A stretch of 64,000 nucleotides of DNA from Eledone cirrhosa (GCA_964016885.1 OZ024746.1:71238001-71302000); one strand, 5' to 3'. Shown: positions 26,968 to 40,361, counted from the stretch's first letter. Program-made: numbers and translations. Notes: generated from the sequence alone by a model not told the origin.

Positions 26968-29782
26968 TTTTCTCTTTCTCTTAATTTCGAGTATATTTTT
27001 TTGACCGGCCACCTTCCTGGTGGCAAGGTTGTAAAAGAAAAGAAATTGTCATCCCTTGAATCGCAAGAATGTTTTGCATATTTTGAAGGTGCCAGCTATC
27101 GCAGCCATTTGTAGACTATGAATTAGGGAGCTGCGCTTTTTGTCCGCAAATCCAAGTTCGGTCATACTTTGGTCCAAGCGGGTTGGTATATAACCCGTAG
27201 CACCAATAATGATGGGTATGAAGCTAAAGGTGTATCTTGGATACTGGATTTGTAAGCTCCTCATCAATGGTCCGTAGATGTCCTCCTTCTCCTGTATTTT
27301 TCTGACAACGTTTACATCAAGTGGGCAGCTGATCTCCACAACAGAACACGTTTTCAATGTGTGGTCCCAAACTACAATATCAGGCTGGTTGTGCTTTAAT
27401 TTGGTGGCAGTTTTTATTTTCAGGTTCCACCAGTATTCCTTAGTGCCATCTGTCTCAATATATTCTTCCTCGTTTGTTGTTAATTTTGTTTTCCGAAGTG
27501 CGTTCCAGATAGTTCTAGCTATCCCATCGTGTCTCATGGGGAGGTAGTAGCGAGATGACATTCTTTCGCAGCTGGCAACAATGTGGCTTACATCCTCGAT
27601 CTTTGTTTTACATAGCCTACATTTATTGTCAGCTGCTGGCCCTCCTCTTTTGTGCAGCAGATATTTGGTAGGGAGTTCTTGTTCCTGTATTGCATAGAGA
27701 TATCCCTCAAGGTGTGATGTCATAAACTTGTCGGAACTCCATGCCAGGCTTTTTGAGTGGTTTATCCCCTCTATGGTCTGTGTTTTACGCCTCAAGTATC
27801 CATGCACAACTTTCTCTGTAAATTGGTCAATTTTTTTTTCTTGTTTGAACATTGAATAGGATCTTCCGATTTCTCTGGGTGAGAGATTTATATCAGGCTT
27901 TATTCCATATCTCTCCTCCAGATCAGTCGCTATTCTAATGATATTTCTTTTTTCATGCTCATAAACCTGAGCAAGATGGTCGCCAACCTTTTTCCTCTGT
28001 TGAAGGTGTTGCTTCAGTGTTACTATCCGGGTCTCATATGTTGTTAATATTGATTTTAGACCCCGGCCACCTTCCTTGCGTGAGAAGTATAGCCTATCCA
28101 CATCACCATTGATGTTAAAGTTCCCAGTAACACTGAGAAGTTTTCGAGTTCTAACATCCATCTCACTTAGTTCTTGCAATGACCAGTTCAATAGGCCAAA
28201 TGTTGGCGTTAGAATTGGCACAGCATAGGTATTGTGGGCAATGTATTTGTTGTATGCTGACAGTTCTGATGACCATATTTTTTTTACTCTTCTGAGGTAT
28301 TCAGTTCTGGTTCTCTCCTTATTTATGGGTCCATCATATCTGACATTCTCATCCTGTCCAAGATATCTGTAGTTGTCACCTGACTGCAGAGGTTGTATTG
28401 TCAGGCCGTTCATATCTAGATTTCTAGAGGAGGGCACAGCTCTTCCACGTTTTACTGCCAAATATGCACACTTGGACTCACCAAATTTCATTTTGATGTC
28501 GGTTGAAAATTGTGTAATGAGGTCCAATTGTTTCTTGATGTCATTGATATTTGGCCCATACAACTTCAGGTCATCAACAAAGAAAAGATGGGAGATACTT
28601 CTGGGCCCACTTCTTTGTCCACCTTGTTTCCTGAGTAGGTAAGATAGTGGATTCAGTGAGAGAACGAAGAGTAGTACTGACAAGCTATCACCCTGAAAGA
28701 TGCCCTTCTGGTAATGTATCCTATCAGTCTTAACCTGCTCCTTCTCACCTCTAAGGATCAAATTGGTGTACCAGTTCTTGGTCAGGCGTTCAACAGCAGC
28801 TACTAATGATTGTGGGACTTTAGCTAACTGTAAAGCCTTAATAATCCACCCATGAGGTACACTATCAAATGATTTTTGATAGTCCAGCCACACGACAGTC
28901 ATGTTTCTGCGATTCTTTGTTGTTTTTTCCTGAATCATTTTGTTAGTTAGTAGGTGATCTATGCAACCCCACACCTCCCTCTTTCCACCAGCTTGCTCAG
29001 GTGTTATGATGTTGTTGGTAGCACAGTGATCCTGTAAGAACAGGTTAAGGCACCCAGTATATAATTTATACATGATGTTTTGGCAGGCAATTGGGCGGTA
29101 ATTTTTAGCAAGGGTGGTTTGGCTATTTTTGGGAATGAGGAGAGTAGTGGCAGTTGATAACCATCTGGGCAGTTCTTGTGTGCCCTTAATGGTTTCTGTA
29201 AACAGCCGTATGAGATCTTGCCGATAGAAAGTGAAATTCTTCAACCAGTATCCTGTAATGAGGTCTGGGCCTGGCGATTTCCTATTCGACATTTTCTGTA
29301 GAGCTGTTTCCAGTATTGACCCATCTATGTCATATTGTTTTGTCTGGACATGTTGGCAGTAGTCCTGTTCCAGTTGTTTTAGCCAATTAGCTTGTCTGTT
29401 GAATCCGTCATCCGTTTCCCATACAGATCTCCAGTAGTTCTCAACCTGTTCTTTTGAAGGGGTGTCGTTTACAGGGATTGAGCTTTTGCCACCGAAGCTG
29501 CGATAAACTGATTTAGGATCTCTGGCAAACAATCTATTTAGCACTTGTCGTTTATGGGCTGTTGACTTATATTTTAGTCTTTCTGTTGTAGCTGTGAGTT
29601 GTTGTTTCAACTGGTGTAATTTGGAGTTCAAAGTTTTAAATTTGGTATCTCCAAATCGTCTCTCTAACTTTTTCTTTAGGTCTTCCTGGTGTCGTGTGAA
29701 GTTTCTCTCTATGTTGCATTTCATAACGACTGCGATGTGTGAGATACTTCGTCTCAGGGACAAAATTTTGGTTTTTAAATTT
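26968..29782 (-). mobile_element. R4/Dong-clade non-LTR retrotransposon, 5'-truncated, inserted in (ATGT)n
   Basis: RT plus CCHC plus RLE ORF, ~80-nt 3'UTR, and (ATAC)n on both flanks. Confidence 0.9.
27049..29781 (-). CDS. Reverse transcriptase + zinc knuckle + restriction-like endonuclease (910 sense codons, no stop or frameshift; native start missing)
   Basis: KSPGPD, NYRPIAC, WLDYQKSFDSVPH, GIFQGDSLS, HLFFVDD, YRYLG, RLYFSRKEGGRGL, CRLC..HIVASC, RHD, PDIVVWD..EISCP..K, PIIIGATG. Confidence 0.92.
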   Translation of the reverse strand, partial: NLKTKILSLRRSISHIAVVMKCNIERNFTRHQEDLKKKLERRFGDTKFKTLNSKLHQLKQQLTATTERLKYKSTAHKRQVLNRLFARDPKSVYRSFGGKSSIPVNDTPSKEQVENYWRSVWETDDGFNRQANWLKQLEQDYCQHVQTKQYDIDGSILETALQKMSNRKSPGPDLITGYWLKNFTFYRQDLIRLFTETIKGTQELPRWLSTATTLLIPKNSQTTLAKNYRPIACQNIMYKLYTGCLNLFLQDHCATNNIITPEQAGGKREVWGCIDHLLTNKMIQEKTTKNRRNMTVVWLDYQKSFDSVPHGWIIKALQLAKVPQSLVAAVERLTKNWYTNLILRGEKEQVKTDRIHYQKGIFQGDSLSVLLFVLSLNPLSYLLRKQGGQRSGPRSISHLFFVDDLKLYGPNINDIKKQLDLITQFSTDIKMKFGESKCAYLAVKRGRAVPSSRNLDMNGLTIQPLQSGDNYRYLGQDENVRYDGPINKERTRTEYLRRVKKIWSSELSAYNKYIAHNTYAVPILTPTFGLLNWSLQELSEMDVRTRKLLSVTGNFNINGDVDRLYFSRKEGGRGLKSILTTYETRIVTLKQHLQQRKKVGDHLAQVYEHEKRNIIRIATDLEERYGIKPDINLSPREIGRSYSMFKQEKKIDQFTEKVVHGYLRRKTQTIEGINHSKSLAWSSDKFMTSHLEGYLYAIQEQELPTKYLLHKRGGPAADNKCRLCKTKIEDVSHIVASCERMSSRYYLPMRHDGIARTIWNALRKTKLTTNEEEYIETDGTKEYWWNLKIKTATKLKHNQPDIVVWDHTLKTCSVVEISCPLDVNVVRKIQEKEDIYGPLMRSLQIQYPRYTFSFIPIIIGATGYIPTRLDQSMTELGFADKKRSSLIHSLQMAAIAGTFKICKTFLRFKG

Positions 29783-30028
29783 GTATGTATGTATGTATGT
29801 ATGTATGTATGTATGTATGTATGTATGTATGTATGTATGTATGTATGTATGTATGTATGTACGTACGTATGTATGTACGAATGTATGTATGTATGTATGT
29901 ATGTAAGAATGTATGTATGTATGTACGTACGTACGTATGTATGTATGTGTGTATGTATGTATATATGTATATATGTATGTATGTGATGTGTATTAATATA
30001 TGTATGTATATGATATGTATTTATACAT

Positions 30029-30059
<31 letters not shown>

Positions 30060-30689
30060 CATACATATATATATATATATACATATATATATACACATAC
30101 ACATACATTCACAAACACATATATGTGCTTGTGAGTCTGCCTATAGACTGTATGTATGTGTGTATGTATGTATATATGTATATATGTATGTATGTAATGT
30201 GTATTAATATATGTATGTATGTGATATGTATTTATACATACACACACACACACACACATATATGTATATATATATATATATATATATGTACATACATATA
30301 TATATACACATACACATACACTCACAAACACATATATGTGCTTGTGAGTCTGCCTATAGACTTGTGTGCATGTCGATGTGGGTTTTTTGCTTGTGTGTGT
30401 ATGTATGCATATATGTATGCATACCTTCGCGCGCGCTCGTGTGTGTGTGTGTATGTGCATGTGTATGTGTGTGTGTGAGAGAGTGTGAATGCGTATGAGT
30501 GTGTGTGTGTAAATACAATATGGATATAAAAACATCAATTCAACAAGCAGGAGTTCGTGTTAATGCATTGAGTCGAATTGAAAGCAGAAAATGGAAATAC
30601 GGGTTCGAATTTCAAGATCTCCATTAAAGGTTGTGGGGCGTGATTTATGGTAGAAGGTTGACAAACACTGGCTGATGGCTGTATGGTTA

Positions 30690-30708
30690 TGTGTATGTGT
30701 GTGAGAAC

Positions 30709-30764
<56 letters not shown>

Positions 30765-30872
30765 TGAGCGAGTGTGTGTGAGAGTGATTGGGTGTGTGTG
30801 CTGAGCGAGTGTGTGGAGCGGTTGTGTGTATGTCTGGTGAGCGAGTGTGTGAGAGTGAGTGAGTGTGTGAGA

Positions 30873-30910
<38 letters not shown>

Positions 30911-31155
30911 GAACGAGTGTGTGTGTGTGTGAGAACGAGTGTGTGTGAGAACGAGTGTGTGTGTGTGTGTGTGAGAGCAAGTGTGTGTGTGTGTGTGAGA
31001 ACGTGTGTGTGTGTGTGTGTGTGTGTGGTGAGCGAGTGTGTGTGTGTGTGGTGAGCGAGTGTGTGTGAGAGTGATTGGGTGTGTGTGCTGAGCGAGTGTG
31101 TGGAGCGGTTGTGTGTATGTCTGGTGAGCGAGTGTGTGAGAGTGAGTGTGTGAGA

Positions 31156-31187
<32 letters not shown>

Positions 31188-31193
31188 TAGAAC

Positions 31194-31232
<39 letters not shown>

Positions 31233-31697
31233 AACGAGTGTGTGTGTGTGTGTGTGAGAGCAAGTGTGTGTGTGTGTGTGTGAGAGCAAGTGTGTGTGTG
31301 TGTGTGTGAGAACGTGTGTGTGTGTGTGTGTGTGGTGAGCGAGTGTGTGTGTGTGTGGTGAGCGAGTGTGTGTGAGAGTGATTGGGTGTGTGTGCTGAGC
31401 GAGTGTGTGGAGCGGTTGTGTGTATGTCTGGTGAGCGAGTGTGTGAGAGTGAGTGAGTGTGTGAGAGAAAGTGTGTGTGTGTGTGTGTGAGAACGAGTGT
31501 GTGTGTGTGTGTGGTGAGCGAGTGTGTGTGAGAATGATTGGGTGTGTGTGTGAGCGAGTGTGTGTGAGAACGAGTGTGTGTGTGTGAGCGAGTGTGTGAG
31601 AAGGAGTGTGTGTAGTGAGCGAGTGTGTGAGAGTGAGTGTGTGTGTAGTGAGCGAGTGTCTGAGAACGAGTGTGTGAGAACGAGTGTGTGTGAAGGC

Positions 31698-31728
<31 letters not shown>

Positions 31729-31930
31729 GTGAGCGAGTGTGTGAGAACGAGTGTGCGTGTGTGGGAGAGAGTGTGTGAGAGTGAATGAGATGTGTGTGGA
31801 GGCGATTGTGTGTGTGTGGTGAGCGAGTGTGTGAGAGCGAGTGTGTGAGAATGAGTGTGTGTGAAAGCGATTGTGTGTGTGTGGTGAGCGAGTGTGTGAG
31901 AATGAGTGTGTGTGAAAGCGATTGGGTGTG
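30690..31930. repeat. (GT)n-derived compound repeat with ~300-bp higher-order duplication
   Basis: Block gagagtgattgggtgtgtgtgctgagcgagtgtgtggagcggttg recurs at ~30780, ~31067 and ~31374. Confidence 0.85.
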
Positions 31931-32120
31931 TCAGTGTATGTGTATGTTTATGTGTGTCTTTGTGTGTGTGTGTGTCTGTGCGTATGTGAGTGTGGAAGTG
32001 TATGTGTGTGCATGTGTATGTTTATTTGTGTGTTTCTGTATGTATGTATATGTGTATGTGTTTGTGCATATGTGTATCTTTGTGTGTGTGGGACACACCT
32101 TATATATGAGTATCAGTGTA

Positions 32121-32158
<38 letters not shown>

Positions 32159-33010
32159 CGTGTGTGTGTGTGTATATTTAACAATGCCTGTGATACCTTG
32201 CATATGCGTGCACGCGTGTGTTGCGCTAAGGAAATGCTAAGCATTATTAACAAGAAATGACAGCCTTGCATAGACAAGCTTTCAATTAGTAACGCAATCG
32301 TACATTTCCGTCAATTTCCGCCGGCATGTTCGTCTGTTGACGACAATTGTTGGCAGTAATAATCAAGCCCCCCTCCCCGCCCATCCTCATTTATTTCATG
32401 TATTTGATTTTTATTTTATTATCGTTGTTGGTAGTGTTTTAACATTACAACTCGTGTTACATTCATATGAATGTGTATGTCACGGCATTGATTCTATGTT
32501 ACACATGTATTACTTAACATATGAAGTTTAATATTGATGTAATTGCACTGAGGTAATTAGATCGTTTTTGAATATTTTACTACTTTAAAAAAAAAAAATT
32601 TCTGATACTATTGAAAAAAAAAAAAAAAAAAAAAATAGAAAGAAAGTTTAGCATAGTTTCTGATCAATCCATGTCTTGTTAGTGAAATTGGTTAGCCGGA
32701 CACACTCTGGAAGCCGGTCAAATGGAATGCAACTGTAATTCTAAGGGCTGGCTGAATCGCCCTGAAAATTACGTTACGGGTACCAAATCAGTTTAGTATT
32801 CGACCACTTCCACGTTAAGTTCACAAGCAGGCTGTTCCGTTGATCCAAACCAACAGAGGCATATTTCATACACACATAAAAAAGCTCTCTTAATTATAGG
32901 GGATTAATGTGAGTTTTTAACTCCGTTTTTAATTTGATGTATGTATGTATGTATGTAGGTATGTATGTATGTATCTATGTATGTATGTATGTATGTATGT
33001 ATGTATGTCA

Positions 33011-33570
33011 GGTCACCAGTTGGTGCTACTAGTAACATATATTCCAGTACAACCTGTCCCATGGTCGGGTCGTTGGCGACTAAACTGGCAACCCCACCAA
33101 GGTTTCTTGGTGAGGAGGGTGACTTTGGACATCCTGCAGGACTAAAAACAAAACCTGTCAAAGGGCAAAGGAGCTCTTAAGAGTCAATGGCCATCCAAAA
33201 TCACTAGGAGAGATGACCCCTTAGCCTTTGTCAAGGCAGAATTCTAGGAGAAGGAAAACTCTGATATAACACTGCAACCCTGATGGTATCCAATGATGTT
33301 GACTTGTTCTTCTTTTTGGTAAATATCATCTTGGTTAAGTGAGTGGAACTGGCTTTGTGCAGTGCCTTTGCTCACTATAAAAGCTTCACGTCACATGGTA
33401 CCATGAGCCCAGCGCTATGTGTCAATAATTGTCACAAGTGTAGTGTTTGTACCAGAGTTTTTAAGTCGCTGGCTAGACTAAGAAGTCACACTCGTTCAGC
33501 GCATCGGTAGGGGTTCTCCTACATGGATATAAAGTAGTAGCCGTACTCGAAAACGAGTTGGCAGCCACCA
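33011..33570 (+). mobile_element. RTE-derived bipartite non-autonomous retroelement
   Basis: RTE-like 5'UTR (ctaggagaaggaaaactctga) joined to an RTE C-terminal C2H2 motif (CSVCTRVFKSLARLRSHTRSAH*, 33439-33510) and an (ATGT)n tail. Confidence 0.75.
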
Positions 33571-33659
33571 TGTATGTATATGTACAAGTATTTATTTATA
33601 TATATATATATATAATGATTTTAATAGATATGATTTTAAAAATTTATATCCAAAACATA

Positions 33660-33825
33660 ATTAGTTTGTCTGACGAACGAACAGGACGTTTCTGTAGCAA
33701 TCGTCTATTTCTCGAAACCCTCGATAATGGAATAATTATATTGTGTTGTTTATTATGTAATTAAATAGCTCTGTACAATACATAGAGCACTCTTCTTTCC
33801 GTTACCTTTTCTACGGAAATACTTA
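33660..33825 (+). mobile_element. PLE pseudo-LTR remnant with HHR-like motif and tail hairpin
   Basis: CTGACGA...GAAA-ccctcga-TA (33670-33726), then gctc-tgta-caa-taca-ta-gagc (33768-33788). Confidence 0.55.
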
Positions 33826-33915
33826 ACACACACACACACACACACACGCAAACACACACGCAAACACACACGCACACGCACACACACACGCAAACACACA
33901 CGCAAACACACACGC

Positions 33916-34024
<109 letters not shown>

Positions 34025-34325
34025 CTCGTATATAACTTTGATAACTTTGATAGGTTTCAGTATTGGCCTAGGCCATATCTAACACCACCTGGCGAAATCT
34101 TTCTCATGTATGCAAGTTTGGTTAAAACGGTGGAATAACGAACGAGCAATTCAGTTTACCCTGGACAGTAGTATGTCAATGAAAAGATGGTGAAACTTAG
34201 CATTTGTTATTGCCTTTTATTGCAGTTATCAGTTGTTCGATTCCTGCAGACGTTTTTGCACAGTTTTCTCATCTCCATGGTTAATTTTCCTGACTTATTT
34301 AAACCTTTGTTAAGTCACTAGTTTC

Positions 34326-34925
34326 AAAGTGCCATATTTTCGCACACAATCTTCCCTCTGCCATAAAGGGTCACCCTAGCTCCATATTTCCATAATGTGT
34401 CACTGAAGCTCCCCACTTTAATAGTGTACCACCCTAGCTCCGCATTGCCATAGTGCGGCACCCAAGTCTCGAAGTGCCGTATTTTGCCACCCTATCTTCC
34501 CATTGGCATAGGGGACTCACCTTAGCTGCATATATTCATAATATGTCACTGAAGCTTCCCACTTCCATAGTGTGCCACCCTAGCTGTGCAGTGCCATAGT
34601 GTGGCACCCGAGCTCCAAAGTGTCGTATTTTCCACCCTATCTCCCCATTGCTATAAAGGGTCACCCTAGTTCCATAGTTCAATACTGTGTCACTGAAGCT
34701 CACCAGTGCCATAGTGTGTGCCTGTAGTTCCACAGTGTTATAGTGCGGCACTTTAGCATGAAAGTGCCATATTTTCTTACACTATCTCCCCATTGCCATA
34801 GGGGGTCACCTAGCTCCATATATCCATAATATGTCACTGGAGCTCCCCAGTTCCATTATGTGCCACCGAAACTCCGCAGTGCCATAGTGCGACCCTAGCT
34901 TCAAAGTGCCGTACTTTGCCACCCC
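34326..34925. repeat. ~145-bp tandem satellite (4+ units) built from ~29-bp subrepeats
   Basis: aagtgccRta-like anchor recurs at ~34327, 34472, 34618, 34762 and 34904. Confidence 0.85.
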
Positions 34926-35109
34926 ATAGCCAGTGTGCATGTGGGGGGGGGGGGGGGGGGGAGGAGATAGGGGGGGATTTTCACCTGTGTACTTACAGGA
35001 TCATCAAACATGACTGGGGATCATGTGAGTACGCAGGTGAAACTTTAGAGTAACACAGCTCACCAATAGCCACAATAAATGAATGTATATATATATCATA
35101 TTATTATTA

Positions 35110-35330
35110 TCTATCTAAAACAGAGAATGTCTGTCTGACACCCTAAAACTCGAGAACCAACCAACCGATTGTTTTCAAACTTTACACATGTAATACTTAT
35201 GGTCCTGTGAGTGTTTTGAGCAAAAACTATTTCAAACTTTCAATGTCCTAGGGACCCCATTATGCGATTTAGCGATCTCTCTCTATAATTCTTAGTCTTT
35301 CTTTTTAGATAGATACATAGATATAACGTT
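35110..35330 (+). mobile_element. Possible Helitron/DINE-like non-autonomous 5' fragment
   Basis: TCTA start, (tgtc)n, then ctcgagaac...aaccgatt...ttcaaactttacac motif; recognised from memory only. Confidence 0.4.
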
Positions 35331-35756
35331 GCGCCCTTATAATATATCTGTATGTCTGGCTGTCTGCATTATGACATTATGACGTCGTTATATGTGTGGG
35401 TGCGTATATATGTATATATAGTGTGTTTATATATATATATATAGTGTGTAACGTTTTGCGAAATATTTACTTCTGCGTTCACAGATTGATTTTTTTTTAG
35501 TTTCAGAAGATCCCGTTAAGGGTGAAAGCAGCGATTAGTGGTTAGAAAATTGGATTCACAATCGTGAGGTTGTGAGTTCGATTCCTGGACCGTGCGATAC
35601 GTTATATCCTTGAGCAAGACACTTTATTTTCCGTTGCTCCTTCTACCTGGAGTTGCGACCGATAGATAGTATTAGCAACTGGAAAGACCAACAGAAACAT
35701 TGTTTCCTCGGTCCGATGTGACGAAAGTCGATCGATATATATATATATATAGTAAT

Positions 35757-35942
35757 AATTGTTTCTACTTTAGGCACAAGGCCAGTAATTACCCAGTGCC
35801 TTACTGGTACTTTATTTTATCGACCCCGTAAGGATGAAAGGCAAAGTCAACCTCGGCGGGACTTGAACTCAGATCGTAAAGGGACGTAACTATGCTGGAA
35901 AGCATGGCGTCCGACCCTCTACCGATACTACCAATCCACCGC
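35757..35942 (-). mobile_element. SINE (main family)
   Basis: Homologous to the other copies. Confidence 0.9.
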
Positions 35943-35962
35943 AGTAATAATAATGAATGTGA

Positions 35963-36160
35963 AGACTATGCGATCTTTGCGGCGCTGAAGCCCTAGAAAT
36001 ATTCTACGCCATCTTAAACAAAAAGTCTGAGGCAATTTCGGCTTGTAAACACAAATTGCATAAAACTTTCCTGAGTTACAGCCCCACATTATACCCTAAC
36101 GAACAGAACGAACAATACGCGGATAATTTACGTCTTGATGTGGTACCTAAGTATATTTTA
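35963..36160 (+). mobile_element. PLE GIY-YIG C-terminal remnant
   Basis: Translates as CDLCGAEALEIF..ILNKKSEAISACKH, matching the CxLCxxE..LN..SE..CxH motif of ORFs 49386 and 54355. May continue into the family F pLTR at 37135-37540. Confidence 0.7.
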
Positions 36161-36295
36161 TGTTTATACCATTACTTATTTGTATAGGTAAGTATACCTT
36201 ACCCGTATGTTTTGTGGAGGTACGTTTACTTTCTCGTACGTATATATGCTTGTATTTGTTATAGGTGTATATATTATATTATATATACTGGTATG

Positions 36296-36482
36296 GGCGG
36301 TGGATTGGCAGTATCGGTAGAGTGTCGGGCGCCATGCTTTCTAACATAGTTACGTCCCTTTACGATCTGAGTTCAAATCCCGCCGAGGTTGACTTTGCCT
36401 TTCATCCTTACGGGGTCGATAAAATAAAGTACCAGTAATGCACTGAGTAATTGCTGGCCTTGTGCCTAAAGTAGAAACAATT
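36296..36482 (+). mobile_element. SINE (main family)
   Basis: Homologous to the other copies. Confidence 0.9.
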
Positions 36483-36915
36483 ATATATACTGGTATATGT
36501 GTATTTGGTTATGTGTATATGTGTATTTTGTGTTTGTGGGTGTATGCGTGTATGCGTGTTTGCACGTTTGTAAGATGTGTATATGTGTACTTTGAGTTAT
36601 GGTATACGCACGTTTGGTGAACATATGTGTATTTACCTGTAGGTATGTGTGCGCGTGCGTTATATACGTATTTATGTCTGTATATTTATATACATTTATA
36701 TAATTATATATGTATACACACACACATATATATATTTTTATGTGTATTTGGTGTATACGTTCGTATGCGTGCGGGTACATGTGTCGCGCGGGTTTATGTA
36801 CGTGTGCGCGTGTTTATATGTACGTGCTTGTATATGCATGCATGGCGGGTGTTTTCGCGTATGCACGTGCATGTACGTATATAGATGCGTGTATGTATAT
36901 ATTTAATTATTATTA

Positions 36916-37130
36916 CGGTGAATTGGCAGTATCGGTAGAGGGTCGGACGCCATGCTTTGCAGCACAGTTACGTCCCTTTACGGACTGAGTTCAAATCCCG
37001 CCGAGGTTAACTTTGCCTTTCATCCTTACGGGGTCGATAAAATAAAGTACCAGTCACGCACTGGGGTCGATTTATTCGACTTTCCCCTCCCCCAAAATTG
37101 TAGGTTTTTGTGCCTATATAAGAAACCATT
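36916..37130 (+). mobile_element. SINE, subfamily with a longer 3' part
   Basis: Same head and centre; 3' part ggggtcgatttattcgac... Confidence 0.85.
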
Positions 37131-37134
37131 ATTC

Positions 37135-37642
<508 letters not shown>

Positions 37643-37949
37643 TGTGTGTGTGTATGTGTGTGTGTGTGTGTAAGTTGTGTGCGAATGCGTATTCTGGGAC
37701 AAGATGGGAATACGAACATGAAAAGTAATAAAAAACAAAACTGGTAAGTAAGGTGTGTGTATGTGTGGGTGCGTGTGTGTGTGTGTGTGTCTGTCTGTGT
37801 GTTTCTGTTTTCATGTATGTACGTATTTGTCTGGTTGTATGTGTGTAAGTTTATATATTTACGAGTGTTTATCTATGAATATTTCTGCGTATGTGAATGT
37901 GTGTGTTTGGGTGATGGTATGTGTGAATGTATCTGTGCTTATGGGAGTG

Positions 37950-38499
37950 TAGTATATGTGTGTGTGTATGTGTGTATGTGTGTTTGTGTGTGCGTGTATG
38001 TGTGTGTTGTATGTTGTGTGTGTATGTGTGTGTTGTGTGTGTTGTATGTGTGTGTGTTATGTGTGTGTTGTGTGTGTTGTGTGTGTTGTATGTGTGTTGT
38101 GTGTGTCTGTTGTGTGTTGTGTGTGTGTTGTGTGCCGGTGTGTGTGTGTGTGTTGTGTGTGTGTGTGTTGTGTGCTATGTGTGTGTGCTGCGTGTGTGTT
38201 GTGTGTGTGTTGTGTGTGTGTGTGTTGTGTGCGTGTGTGTTGTGGGTGTGTGTGTGTGTTGTGTGCGTGTGTGTTGTGTGTATGTGTGTGTGTTGTGTGT
38301 ATGTGTGTGTATGTGTGTGTGTTGTGTGTGTTGTGGGTGTGTGTGTGTTGTGTGCCTGTGTGTATGTGTGTGTTGTGTGCGTGTGTGTTGTGTGTATGTG
38401 TGTGTGTGTGTGTTGTGTGTATGTGTGTGTGTGTGTTGTGTGTATGTGTGTGTATGTGTGTGTTGTGTGCGTGTGTGTTGTGTGTATGTGTGTGTGTGT

Positions 38500-38533
<34 letters not shown>

Positions 38534-38744
38534 TGTGTGTGTGTTGTGTGTATGTGTGTATGTGTGTATGTGTGTGTGTGTGTTGTGTGTATGTGTGTGT
38601 ATGTGTGTGTTGTGTGCGTGTGTGTTGTGTGTATGTGTGTGTGTGTGTGTTGTGTGTATGTGTGTGTATGTGTGTGTTGTGTGTGTGTGTGTGTGTGTGT
38701 GTGTTGTGTGCGTGTGTGTTGTGTGTATGTGTGTGTGTGTGTGT

Positions 38745-38775
<31 letters not shown>

Positions 38776-38932
38776 GTGTTGTGTGTATGTGTGTGTATGT
38801 GTGTGTGTGTGTGTGTGTTGTGTGTATGTGTGTGTGTGTGTTGTGTGTATGTGTGTGTATGTGTGTGTTGTGTGCGTGTGTGTTGTGTGTATGTGTGTGT
38901 GTGTGTGTTGTGTGTATGTGTGTGTGTGTGTA

Positions 38933-38974
<42 letters not shown>

Positions 38975-39066
38975 GTGTGTATGTGTGTGTGTGTGTGTTG
39001 TGTGTATGTGTGTGTGTGTTGTGTGTATGTATGTGTGTGTGTTGTGTGTATGTGTGTGTGTGTGCG
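37950..39066. repeat. Degenerate (GT)n array
   Basis: Directly visible. Confidence 0.95.
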
Positions 39067-39189
39067 TCTATTCATTACACTATAAAGTGATATCACGTTA
39101 AATTGAGACTAGCACGCGCTTGTTATCCCCCACAGTACACGGCCAGGTTTTACCCATCCCACCCCCAGTACAATAAACTCCAACCCAAC

Positions 39190-40278
39190 CCCCACCACCA
39201 TCACTATTACAACCACCACTACCACCACTACCCGCACCATTACCACCTAGTCCCCCCACCACAACTCTCCCACCAGCTTCACAACCACCACTACCACCAC
39301 CACCACCACCACTACCACCACCACCACCACCACCACCACCAACACCACCACCACCTTACTACCACCTCCACTACCACCACCACCACCACCTCCACTACCC
39401 CCCACACTTCCATCACCACCACCACCACCACCACCACCACTACCACCACCACCACCAAAACCAACAACACCATCACCACCACCACCACCACCACCACCTT
39501 ACTACCACCTCCACTACCACCACCACCACCACCTCCACTATCCCCCACACTTCCATCACCACCACCACCTTACTACCACCTCCACTACCACCACCACCAC
39601 CACCTCCACTACCCCCCACACTTCCATCACCACCACCACCACCACCACCACCACCACTACTACAACCACCACCACCAAAACCAACAGCACCATCACCACC
39701 ACCACCACCATCACCACCACCTTAATACCACCTCCACTACCACCACCAACACCACCACCACCACCACCACCACCACCACCACCACCACCACCACCACCAC
39801 CACCACCACCATCACCACCACCTTACTACCACCTCCACTACCACCACCACCAACAACACCCCCACCCCCCACTTCCATCACCACCACCACCACCACCACC
39901 ACCACTACCACCACCAACACCACCACCACCACCACCATCACCACCATCACAACTGCTACCCCCCACCACCACCATACGGTACATTAGAGCATCAAATGCA
40001 CAATTCATTGAATTGTTACTTTTATTATATCGCTACTATCATCATCATGATCGTCATGACAATGATGATGATGATGATCACCATCATCATCATCATCAGC
40101 GTCATCAACATCGTCGTCGTTATTGTCATCGACATCAGCACCATCATCACCATCATCACCATCATCATGAAGTTCTTTGTCATAATTCGTCATCATTATC
40201 CACTTCAGTATGATCTTACTGATCAAGTGAGCGATAAACTCCTTCTTCACGATCATTATCATTATCATTACTAATACT

Positions 40279-40309
<31 letters not shown>

Positions 40310-40323
40310 GTCATCATCATCGT

Positions 40324-40361
<38 letters not shown>

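Noticed and set aside
29782-30108. N-terminal ~108 aa of the 1019-aa ORF
   Set aside because: Flanking (ATAC)n/(TA)n read in frame; not part of the R4 protein.
34326-34925. CRISPR-like repeat-spacer array
   Set aside because: The whole unit repeats and there are no unique spacers; eukaryotic context with no cas genes. The same applies to 4606-4729 and 45405-47350.
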